A stretch of DNA of 57,997 nucleotides from an uncultured virus (IMG/VR IMGVR_UViG_3300040960_001631). Lineage: Duplodnaviria > Heunggongvirae > Uroviricota > Caudoviricetes. The notes below the pieces were generated by a model, which saw only the letters and a list, made by a program, of their open reading frames with translations, searched no databases and was not told where the DNA came from. Positions 1 through 9,500 of this stretch are shown here, one piece after another. The translations under genes were made by a program, and so were the position numbers. The number at the start of each line of letters is the position of its first letter. The first letter of the stretch is position 1. The stretch is taken from the IMG/VR virus record IMGVR_UViG_3300040960_001631, positions 62,001 to 119,997 of that record; one strand, given 5' to 3'.

Positions 1-1
1 C

Positions 2-2317
2 GGTCCTGGTTTTGACCTAGAAACTCCTGTCGATTTAAGAAGCACAAATTTAATTGCAACAACAACAACTATAGATAATTTTGATATAGCAAACAGTAGA
101 ATAGATTATTTTACTGGTGCTGATATATTATTATCTTCAAACTCTACAATTGAAGCAACTAGTATTGCCACAGACGACCTATTATTCGATTATAATACAA
201 TAAGTTCAAGGACTGCTAATACAAATATTGAACTACGTCCAGACGGCATAGGCGAAATAAACATACGATCTAATTGGAATAGCACCGGTGATATACATGC
301 AACTGGAGATATTACGTTTGGAGGAAATCTTACACTCGGTAATAACGATACTGATAATGTAACCTTTAATGCAGATTTAGATAGCAGTCTTATTCCGGAC
401 GCTAATAATACATATAGTTTAGGCAATACAGCAAAAAGATGGTTAAATTTATATAGTAATTTATTAAATGGTCAAAGAGTAACTGTAGGAAGTTTTTCAG
501 TTAGTGATACTAGTTTAGCAGTAAGACAGGGAAACATTTTTTATGTCAGTACATTAGGTGATGACACAAATGTAGGGGATCACCAACACGGTGCTTTTAG
601 AACACTAAAGCATGCGTTAGATGTAGTAGATGCAAGTTCAGCAGGTCCAGTTACAATACATATTTTTCCAGGAGAGTATGAGGAAGAATTTCCGTTAACT
701 ATTCCGCCAAACACAAGTGTTCGTGGTGAAGATATAAGAAATACTATTATCAAACCTACAGTTGCAACACAAGACAAAGATGCATTCCTTATGGAAGGCA
801 ATACAACTATTGCTGATATTACTATAAAAGATTTTTATTACGATAGCGTAGGAGACACAGGTTACGCCTTTCGATTTACTCCAAATGGATTAGTAAATGA
901 AAGAAGTCCATATATTAGAAATGTAACTGTTATTACACAGGGTAGTGTAACAAGTGCAAGTGACCCTAGAGGGTTTTTAGAGGGCGATGCAGGCAAAGGC
1001 GCATTAATAGACGGAAACGAATTAAACAGTTTAACTATTGAAGGTAGTATGTTGTTTCATAGTGTAACTTTTATTACTCCGGGTGTTGATTGTATTACAA
1101 TGACAAATGGTACAAGAGTTGAATGGCTTAATAGTTTTACATATTTTGCTAATAGAAGTTTATATGCTACACAAGGCGCAGACGGATTAGGCGGCAACGG
1201 AGTTCGTTACGGAGCAGAAGTGCGTTCAATTGGAAGTGCCAGTGTCTATGGTAATTACGGTGCAGTAGCAGATGGTGCTGATACATTAATGTATTTGATA
1301 GGTCATAACTTTGCATATGTAGGTACAGCAAATGATGTATCTAACGATGCAACATTGGTTATAGAAGCAAATGAAGCTGTTGAACTAAATGACGGCGCAA
1401 TACATTTTACTAGTACAAATGCAGCTGGAAAATTTAAAGTAGGAAATTCATTTTTTGCAGATTTTGAAACGGGCACTACAAGTATAGATGCTACTGGTGT
1501 AGATTTTTCAGGATTAAGTGAAATAGTTGTTAGAAATGGATTAGAAAGAACGTTTATTGATGGCACACGCATAGATACTGGAAATATTAGAATAAGTGGA
1601 AACACCATAGATACTATTGACGGACAACTTATACTAAGCCCAGTTACAGAAATTATTAATACTTCGTCTAACGACGGATTTGTAGTAAGTAATGGTAACG
1701 ATAACGAAAGAACCGATGTAGAAGGATCTATTAGATTTAATACAGATACAAATTTATTTGAAGGTTATTCAACAGGTAATTTAAGTTTTGGCGGCGTCTA
1801 TTCTGATGATAGAAATACTAGTGTAACGGCTCATAACACAAATAATAGTTTAATTTTTACAAGCGGGAGTGCAACAACTGGTGTGTTAGACAATTCAACA
1901 TTTACTCTGTTAGGATTATCAGATGGAGATGTTTTATTTGATACAAATGTAATAGAAACTACACTAAGTAATAGCGATTTAGAAATACTCCCTAATGGTA
2001 CAGGAATAGTTGCTCCTTTTGATTTAGAAATTTTTAGCGAAACTATATCTAACACAACAGATAATTTAATGGTTATTACTGCTGAAGGTAGAGGTTATAT
2101 TAAATTTGATTCAACTACAGGATTAGTTGTTCCAAACGGTACAACTTTAGAACAAAACCCTTCACCCGAAACTGGTGAAACAAGATATAATTCTCAAGAA
2201 GGTTATATGGAAACATGGAACGGATCTGCATGGCAACGGTCTGCAGGTGAAGGCGAAGAAGTTACTGAAGATCTCCTCAAAGAACTAGTTGATATTTATA
2301 CATTAGTTCTTGGTTAA
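2..2317 (+). CDS. Large virion structural/fibre protein, 5'-truncated by the window edge; paralog of 2477..5815
   Basis: The frame of ORF 791..2317 is open back to base 2 (GPGFDLETPVDLRST...RQGNIFYVSTLGDD...FRTLKHAL...IHIFPGEYEEEFPLTIP), so 791 is an internal Met. It shares motifs with the next gene (RSPYIRN.TVITQGSV, FHSVTFITPGVD, NGTRVEWLNSFTYFAN, C-terminal Y.L.LG). Confidence 0.85.
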   Translation, partial: GPGFDLETPVDLRSTNLIATTTTIDNFDIANSRIDYFTGADILLSSNSTIEATSIATDDLLFDYNTISSRTANTNIELRPDGIGEINIRSNWNSTGDIHATGDITFGGNLTLGNNDTDNVTFNADLDSSLIPDANNTYSLGNTAKRWLNLYSNLLNGQRVTVGSFSVSDTSLAVRQGNIFYVSTLGDDTNVGDHQHGAFRTLKHALDVVDASSAGPVTIHIFPGEYEEEFPLTIPPNTSVRGEDIRNTIIKPTVATQDKDAFLMEGNTTIADITIKDFYYDSVGDTGYAFRFTPNGLVNERSPYIRNVTVITQGSVTSASDPRGFLEGDAGKGALIDGNELNSLTIEGSMLFHSVTFITPGVDCITMTNGTRVEWLNSFTYFANRSLYATQGADGLGGNGVRYGAEVRSIGSASVYGNYGAVADGADTLMYLIGHNFAYVGTANDVSNDATLVIEANEAVELNDGAIHFTSTNAAGKFKVGNSFFADFETGTTSIDATGVDFSGLSEIVVRNGLERTFIDGTRIDTGNIRISGNTIDTIDGQLILSPVTEIINTSSNDGFVVSNGNDNERTDVEGSIRFNTDTNLFEGYSTGNLSFGGVYSDDRNTSVTAHNTNNSLIFTSGSATTGVLDNSTFTLLGLSDGDVLFDTNVIETTLSNSDLEILPNGTGIVAPFDLEIFSETISNTTDNLMVITAEGRGYIKFDSTTGLVVPNGTTLEQNPSPETGETRYNSQEGYMETWNGSAWQRSAGEGEEVTEDLLKELVDIYTLVLG

Positions 2318-2352
2318 AAACGCTCCTTATCAACCATAATTCATAAGATTAG

Positions 2353-2359
2353 ATAAATA
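2353..2359 (+). promoter_or_regulatory. T4-like late promoter (ATAAATA)
   Basis: Intergenic ATAAATA within a 19-mer (attagataaatattattaa) that recurs identically at 10887..10905. Confidence 0.7.
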
Positions 2360-2366
2360 TTATTAA

Positions 2367-2491
2367 TGCAGTACAGCGACCATTGTATTGCAGGGTCAGA
2401 CTGTGGTTAACCAGCAAAGAGCCGTGAGGCTGAGAATTTGGCTAGAGGGACAGGATCCCCGTATCGAGGAGAAGAGATGGCTATCGGTCGC
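2367..2491 (+). ncRNA. Candidate structured cis-regulatory 5' leader RNA
   Basis: About 53% GC over 2367..2476 by hand count in an AT-rich genome. Contains hairpin tgcagtaca/tgtattgca, helix gggtc..ctgt/acag..gatcc and GNRA hairpin agcc-GTGA-ggct. Loop gcgacc is complementary to ggtcgc at 2486..2491. Confidence 0.5.
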
Positions 2492-5400
2492 ATTAGTGGT
2501 CCGCTCTTGAAAGCTAACCTTTTGCGTGAAAACGTAAATCTGGCTTTTGAGACTGACCTATTATATTTAGATGTTCAAAACAGCCGAATCGGTATTAATA
2601 CTGATGCACCTCAATACGATCTAGACGTAAGCGGTACAACAAGAACTCCAACACTTAACGTAGATACACTAGCACAACTAGGCAATATTAGTATCTCTGG
2701 CTCAAACATTGCAACTAGTGCAAATACATTAACACTAGGCACCACATCAGGTAATAGTGTTGTATATCAAAATAAACTTGTTATTGATGATTTAGAATTA
2801 CAAAACAACGAAATTAGAACTACGACATCAAACGCTAATCTAGAATTAAATCCAAATGGCACAGGTAGTGTTGAAATATTTGGTAATACAAATGTATATG
2901 GTAACATTGTAGCAACAGGGTCTATTACTGCTGATGGTAATATTACAATAGGTGATGCTGATACTGACAACGTTGTATTTAACGCAGAAATTCAATCTGA
3001 TATTATTCCAGATGCAACAAGCACTTATTCACTAGGATCAGATCCAGCCAGCGGCGGCAAGCAATGGTCTGATGTTTGGGTAGATAATTTTTATGCCGGA
3101 ACAGTAACAACAACTTCACTTGAAGTTGATGGTGTTGATCTTGCACTACGACAAGGTAATATATATTACGTATCAGAAAATGGAGATGATACATATTCGG
3201 GTGATCACCCTAATGATACTTTTGCAACTTTAGAACATGCGTTAAGTGTTGCAGGAGACGGTGACACTATTCACATTTATCCTGGAGAATACCAAGAAGT
3301 ATTTCCTTTGACAATTCCTGAAGGAGTTACTGTTAAAGGACACAGCATACGAGGAGTTAATATTTCTCCTACAGCAGGAACAAATACAAACACAGCATTC
3401 TTACTCAATGGTCAAGTAACCGTTGAAGATTTAACAATTAAAGACTTTTATGCTCCTGGATATGCATTTGAATTTGCAAACAATTTTAATATATCGTCTC
3501 GTTCGCCATATATTAGAAATATAACTGTTATTACACAAGGATCAGTTACAAGCGGTGCAGATCCAAGAGGATTTGACGAAGGAGATGCAGGCGGAGGCGC
3601 ATACTTGGACGGAAGTATAGCAAACTCTGCATCTAGAGAAGCAGGATGCTTATTTCATAGTGTAACGTTTATTACACCAGGTGTTGATGCACTTACTATA
3701 ACAAATGGTACAAGAGTTGAATGGCTTAATTCTTTTACATATTTTGCAAATAAAGGTTTATATGCGTTAGACGGAGCAACTGGTCTAAAAGGTACAGGTA
3801 AAACAGCAGTTAGAGTTGACGGAGCAAGCGGACCATATCTAGCAGGAGAAACATTTACATATTATGACACAGATGGTACTACAGTTTTAGCAACTGGAAC
3901 TATTAGTAGTGTAGATGCTGATGGAAAATTTTATGTTTCTGGAAATTTATCAGGACTTGAAGTTGCAGCAGGGCGCGGCGGCAAAACTATATTAAGAAAT
4001 CAAAATCCTGTTACAGATACTGCTATTAAAAAGTTTGGAACAAGCAGTCTTATATTAGATGGCACTGAAGATTCTATCAGTGTTGCATCAAACAATGATT
4101 TTGGTTTTGGAACAGATGATTTTACTATTGAAGGATTTTTCTACTTTGATAGTGTAACTGGTACAAGAAGTTTAATAGACCTTAGGGCAGGCGCAGATAC
4201 AGATGTAGGTCCGTACTTAAATTTAAATGCAGGTAATCCAGAAGTTTATATTAACGGTTCGACTGTATTATCAAGTGGAACATCCTTAACTACAGCAACT
4301 TGGTATCATATTGCAGTATCACGCACCGGTACAACTATGAAACTTTTTGTAGACGGTACAGAAGAAGATAGTGCAACAGTTAGTACAGACTTAGGTTCAG
4401 CAAAACCATTAGTAGTTGGTGCAAAATGGAGCACAACTGCTGAGTACTTAGATGGTAATGTTGACGAAGTAAGAATTTCAAAAGGTGTTGGTAGATATAC
4501 AGGTGCATTTGGTGCAATTACATCAGAGTTTACAAGTGATACTTCAACAACACTTTTATTACATTTTAACACAGCAGATGATAGTTCTGAAACTATTGTA
4601 GATGATACATTAAACAGTCAAGATTTAAGATTTAGTGGCGGCGAAACTGCAACATATGTTACACTTGCTGACACACTAGACTTTGGCGGCGAAATAAGAA
4701 GTATTGCAAGTGCAAACGTATACGGTAACTACGGTGCATATGGCGACGGCAATGGTGTACTGATGTATTTGATCAGTCAAAACTTTGCATACATTGGTAA
4801 TGGTAAAGATGTTGATAACGATCCAACAACTGTTGTGCAAACACAAGAAGTTACTGAATTAAACAATGCAAAAATAAGATATAACTCTGTTGATCATAAA
4901 GGTGACTTTAGAGTTGGTGATTTATTTTATGTAAATCAAGCAGACGGCACTGTTGATTTTACTAGTTCACAATTTAATATTGACACAACTAGTGGTTTAA
5001 CAATTACTACAGGCGGCAACACTACTACAATTACTGGTACAGAAATTGATACTGGTAATTTAAGATTAAGTGGCAACACAATTAGTAGTTTGTCAGGCGA
5101 TATTAATTTAAGTAGTGACAGCGGCAATGTTAAGATTACTTCAACAGGAAGTTTACAATTACCATCGGGAAGTGTAGCAGCAAGACCAACGCCTGCAACA
5201 GGTATGATTCGTTACAACACAGACGATAATACTTTTGAAGGATATGACGGCAATTGGAGAGTATTAAGTGGTGTTTATGATTTAGATAGAGACACTTATA
5301 TTACACCAGAATTAACTCCCGGTGCAAATGATAGTACAATTAGATTTTATATTAGTGGTGCAGAAAGAGCTAGTATAACAAGTACAACATTTGAAACACC

Positions 5401-5815
5401 TAGAATAGATGTAGATGATATATACATAGACGGAAACGTTATTGGAACAACAACAGCAGACACAGATTTACAACTTACTGCTAATGGCACTGGTTCTGTT
5501 GTAATGGATAATATTGCTATTAAAGATAGCACAATTACAAACACACTAGTAGATACACCATTATTATTCCAGCAACAAGGAAATGGATATTTTAAAATAG
5601 AAGGTACTGGAGGGTTTGTTGTTCCTGTAGGTACAAGTTTACAAAGACCTGCTGCGGCTTATAGAGAAACCGGAATGATAAGGTTCAATGTCGAGCAAGG
5701 TTACTTAGAAATTTGGGATGGCACTTCTTGGGTATCTGTTGCAGGTGCTTCTGGTGCAATTACTTTTGCAGCAGCAGAAGACTTAGCTATCGAATACGTA
5801 TTAACATTAGGATAA
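2477..5815 (+). CDS. Large virion structural/fibre protein with beta-helix-like region and LamG/ConA-like lectin insert
   Basis: ATG at 2477 (MAIGRISGPLLKANL) follows SD gaggag, so it is preferred over the TTG at 2438. LamG-like segment ~4031..4570 (KFGTSSL.LDG, DFTIEGFFY, TWYHIAVSR, LFVDG, G.VDEVRISKG, LLLHFN). Confidence 0.8.
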   Translation: MAIGRISGPLLKANLLRENVNLAFETDLLYLDVQNSRIGINTDAPQYDLDVSGTTRTPTLNVDTLAQLGNISISGSNIATSANTLTLGTTSGNSVVYQNKLVIDDLELQNNEIRTTTSNANLELNPNGTGSVEIFGNTNVYGNIVATGSITADGNITIGDADTDNVVFNAEIQSDIIPDATSTYSLGSDPASGGKQWSDVWVDNFYAGTVTTTSLEVDGVDLALRQGNIYYVSENGDDTYSGDHPNDTFATLEHALSVAGDGDTIHIYPGEYQEVFPLTIPEGVTVKGHSIRGVNISPTAGTNTNTAFLLNGQVTVEDLTIKDFYAPGYAFEFANNFNISSRSPYIRNITVITQGSVTSGADPRGFDEGDAGGGAYLDGSIANSASREAGCLFHSVTFITPGVDALTITNGTRVEWLNSFTYFANKGLYALDGATGLKGTGKTAVRVDGASGPYLAGETFTYYDTDGTTVLATGTISSVDADGKFYVSGNLSGLEVAAGRGGKTILRNQNPVTDTAIKKFGTSSLILDGTEDSISVASNNDFGFGTDDFTIEGFFYFDSVTGTRSLIDLRAGADTDVGPYLNLNAGNPEVYINGSTVLSSGTSLTTATWYHIAVSRTGTTMKLFVDGTEEDSATVSTDLGSAKPLVVGAKWSTTAEYLDGNVDEVRISKGVGRYTGAFGAITSEFTSDTSTTLLLHFNTADDSSETIVDDTLNSQDLRFSGGETATYVTLADTLDFGGEIRSIASANVYGNYGAYGDGNGVLMYLISQNFAYIGNGKDVDNDPTTVVQTQEVTELNNAKIRYNSVDHKGDFRVGDLFYVNQADGTVDFTSSQFNIDTTSGLTITTGGNTTTITGTEIDTGNLRLSGNTISSLSGDINLSSDSGNVKITSTGSLQLPSGSVAARPTPATGMIRYNTDDNTFEGYDGNWRVLSGVYDLDRDTYITPELTPGANDSTIRFYISGAERASITSTTFETPRIDVDDIYIDGNVIGTTTADTDLQLTANGTGSVVMDNIAIKDSTITNTLVDTPLLFQQQGNGYFKIEGTGGFVVPVGTSLQRPAAAYRETGMIRFNVEQGYLEIWDGTSWVSVAGASGAITFAAAEDLAIEYVLTLG

Positions 5816-5819
5816 GAAA

Positions 5820-6149
5820 ATGGCAACAACGTTTAAAAATAAAGTCATAAAAGATGTAGGAGAATTACCGATACTTGCAATAGAAACAGACGCATCAACA
5901 CGATCAACTATTGTTGGTATAAGTTTAGCCAATTTAACCGGAGGCGTTGTTTATGCAAGTGTACTAGTACACGACGATACAAGTATAGAAGGGTATTTTA
6001 TAAAAGATGTATTAATTCCTCCTAATTCTAGTTTAAGGGCATTAAACGCAGGAGAAAAGTTGATATTAGCACCAGAAAATCAACTTTATATACAAGCAGA
6101 TCAAGACGAATCACTCGATGCAGTGATTAGTTATGTGGATATTAACTAA
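5820..6149 (+). CDS. Small beta-rich virion-associated protein, paralog of 16423..16743
   Basis: 109-aa ORF directly after the fibre gene; shares the pattern ..N....(I/V)...D(V).IP.N..L....L.L...Q.L with 16423..16743. Confidence 0.7.
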   Translation: MATTFKNKVIKDVGELPILAIETDASTRSTIVGISLANLTGGVVYASVLVHDDTSIEGYFIKDVLIPPNSSLRALNAGEKLILAPENQLYIQADQDESLDAVISYVDIN

Positions 6150-6159
6150 GGAATAAAAA

Positions 6160-6531
6160 ATGAGCAGTTACGTTGGATACAGTGCAAGCGATTACTTACT
6201 ACAAAACTCTAGTAATAGATATGTGTACGGGTTGCGCAGAACAGACGAAGGAGAGCTATTTTTTGGTAGGTCAGATCAACTAGATATAAACGACGATCTG
6301 CAAATTAATAATCCTGGCGATCCTCAAAACAACTTTACAGATTTTGAACAAGGACAAGACTTTTTTGAGGGTAGAGATGTATATCATAATTTAGTTTTTG
6401 ATAACTTAAGATATGAACAGTTTAGATGGGATGATAGAAATATCTATTATTATGTAAACAGCGAAGGCGAACTAGTTGTTAGAATTAATAAGCAGTACAC
6501 GTATCCAACAGGAACAAGTTCAAACGGTTAA
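6160..6531 (+). CDS. Hypothetical phage protein
   Basis: 123-aa ORF with SD aagga, in the structural operon. Confidence 0.7.
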   Translation: MSSYVGYSASDYLLQNSSNRYVYGLRRTDEGELFFGRSDQLDINDDLQINNPGDPQNNFTDFEQGQDFFEGRDVYHNLVFDNLRYEQFRWDDRNIYYYVNSEGELVVRINKQYTYPTGTSSNG

Positions 6532-6546
6532 GAATAGGAAAAACAA

Positions 6547-9500
6547 ATGGCAGAATTTAAAATAGGTCGCTTAAGGTTTAATTGGAAGGGAGAATGGACT
6601 CCTTCTACAGACTATATAAAAGATGATGTAGTACGATACGGTGGAAATAGCTTTGTTATAAAAGAAACACATACTAGTTCCACGAACTTCTACGATGACT
6701 ACGGATCAGACCCTACAGATTTAAAAGTTACTGTGGCAAGAAATACAGGCGACACTGCTGATGTGTTTTATATAAACGGAAGAGAAAAAACATCAATAAA
6801 TTTACGTCAAGGAAGGACGTATATCTTTAACCAAGATGATGCTTCTAATGTATCAGGCGGCGCCAGTGCTATGCCTTTGTTTATTAGTGATACTGATGAC
6901 GGTACAAACAACGACGGTATTAGATATTCTGGTAGGGTTACTTACTATATAGATAGGGTGGCAGTAACTGAAGATGCATACATTAGTAGTTTTTCTGGAG
7001 CAAGTAGAAGAGAAGTAAGAATTACAATTGACGAATTTACTCCTGCTAGTTTATTTTATTTTGCCAACGGTACGGCATCAGCAGGCGCAGGCATTTCAAC
7101 TGCCTCTAAAGCAAAATTAGAATTAATGCTAGAAGGAAAAACTTTTTATTCAGACTGGACAGTGAATACAGGATATAAAGAAGGTGATATTGTTGTTTAC
7201 AATGCTAATGTTTATGTCTGTATTCAAAGCCATTCATCTGCTGCAACAGAAACTTTGGGTCTAGAAGCAGATCAACAAAATTGGAAAAAAATAGTTCAAT
7301 CTAATAATTGGATCGGTAGTTGGACAGGCGGAACAAGATATATTGTAAACGATATAATTACATACGGTCCAACTGTGTATAGATGTACTACGGCGCACAC
7401 TGCTAGTACAAATTTTACTGACGATAGTGCAAATTGGGAAATTGTCCTTCAAGAGTCTTCGTATAGAAATGATTGGATAACATCTAGATTATATAGAGTC
7501 AATGAAGTAGTAAAATTTGGCGGCACCTTATGGAAGTCTAATGCACAACATTTGTCAACAACATTCCAAAATGACCTATCTAATTGGGATGTATATATTG
7601 ATGGCTTAGAATTTGATAATGCATGGTCTGCATCAGCTTACTATCAGATTGGTGATGTAGTTAGATACGGCGGCTATTCTTATCGAGCAGTGCGCAATAA
7701 TGTTAATATAATACCATTAAATAATACAGATGACTGGCAATCTGTTTATGAATCTTATCTATTTTCTCAAGATTGGTCATCAGAAGCTGCTTATGCAATA
7801 GGTACACTTGTTAGATACAAAGGATATTTGTATGAAGCAGTTAACGATAGCACCGGTTTTGAACCTCCTGATCCATCTTACTGGAAAGTAATAATACCAG
7901 GAAGAGAGTGGACTGGATTATGGGTTGCCGAAACTGATTATAAGCTCGGTGATCTTGCTACATACGGTTCTAATACTTACGAGTGTATATTAGCCCATAC
8001 GTCAACCGCTGGAAATGATAGACCAGACAACGACTATGGTATAAATGATACATACTGGAAAATGTATGTAGAAGGCGATGTTAACAATGTAATGACTGAA
8101 CAAGGTGATATTGTTACATATCAGTCAGGTAATGTTAGATTAGGGCGCGGCGGAGAAGATAGTGCATTAAGAGTTGCAAACAGTGGCACAGAATTAGAAT
8201 GGGACTTATTTGGAAATACACAAGATATTTACTATGTATCTCCTAATGGAATCGACGAAATTGACCAAGGAACTACTCCTAATTCTGCTTTTAAAACTAT
8301 CAAGTATGCGCTAGAATATATTAGTAATAATAGAAATGTCGAAACAAAATTAGACTTATCAAAAGATGTTATTGCTTATGCTATTTTGAAAAAAGGTGCG
8401 TTAGAATCATTTACTACTGCACCTAATTTAGGTGCTATTTTAGACGAAACTAATCCTAACACAGGCTTTGCTTACGGAGACGTTACAGGTAACGGAAGTA
8501 TAAATTCGTCAGATGCCCAAGGGTATCTGCAATGGTATAATTATCATATAAGTGGAATTTCTTCAGACGCACCAAGCGAAGGTGTAAGAGCAGCTTGCGA
8601 AGATTTATATAATAGATTATCGGCTAGTCGTGCAGATATTATTGACGAAACATTTGAATGGAGCGGTGATAATTATGATTTGGTCACTACAAGTATCAAA
8701 GAAGCTACTCTTTTTGTAAAAACAGGTCTTTATAAAGAGATATTACCTTTACGTGTGCCAGAACTTACTGCTGTAGTAGGCGATGAATTAAGAAGTACTG
8801 TAATTACCCCAGCTAGCAGCTACGAATCAACAGACATGTTTTATTTGCGTAACGGTGCAGGTTTAAGGAATTGTACCTTACAAGGATTAAATGATGTCTT
8901 AAGTGATGCAAGTGAATATTTAACTAGACGACCTTCAAACGATGTAAAGTTTGTAAGTTTAGATCCAGGCGCTGGCCCTACTGACGAAACAGTATGGATT
9001 ACAAGTAGATCGCCTTATGTGCAAAATGTATCAGTCTTTGGTACAGGCGTTACAGGACTTAAGGTTGACGGCAATTTACACAATGGCGGAAACGACTCCA
9101 TCGTTGCAAACGACTTTACACAAGTTATTAGTGATGGCATAGGAATGTGGATAACTAATCAAGGAAGAGCAGAACTTGTGTCAGTGTTTACTTATTATTG
9201 TCATATAGGCTATCTTGCAGAAGCCGGCGGAAAAATTAGAGGCACTAACGGAAATAATTCTTACGGCGATTATGGATCCGTTTCTGAAGGTGTAGCAGTA
9301 AGTGAAACTCCTATTACTGGAGTAGTAGACAATTATTATCAAGATGCACAAATTCCGACAGTATTTACTAACGGTAACGAAATTTTGCATGTAGAATATT
9401 CTAATGCAGGTGTAAATTACAATACTTCTGCTAGTTATACACTTACAGGAAGCGGCACAAACGCAGCAGTTTCTTCTTCTAATGTTGTAGATGGCGGAAT

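Noticed and set aside
791..2317. ORF-track start at 791
   Set aside because: The frame is open to the window start and aligns with the paralog upstream of 791, so this is an internal Met.
2367..2476. Assignment of the leader RNA to a known riboswitch, ribozyme or tRNA family
   Set aside because: There is no cloverleaf, and only short, out-of-order resemblances to motifs I recall; a covariance-model search is required.
2438..2476. TTG-initiated N-terminal extension (MARGTGSPYRGEE)
   Set aside because: A strong SD precedes ATG 2477, and the extension lies inside the structured leader.
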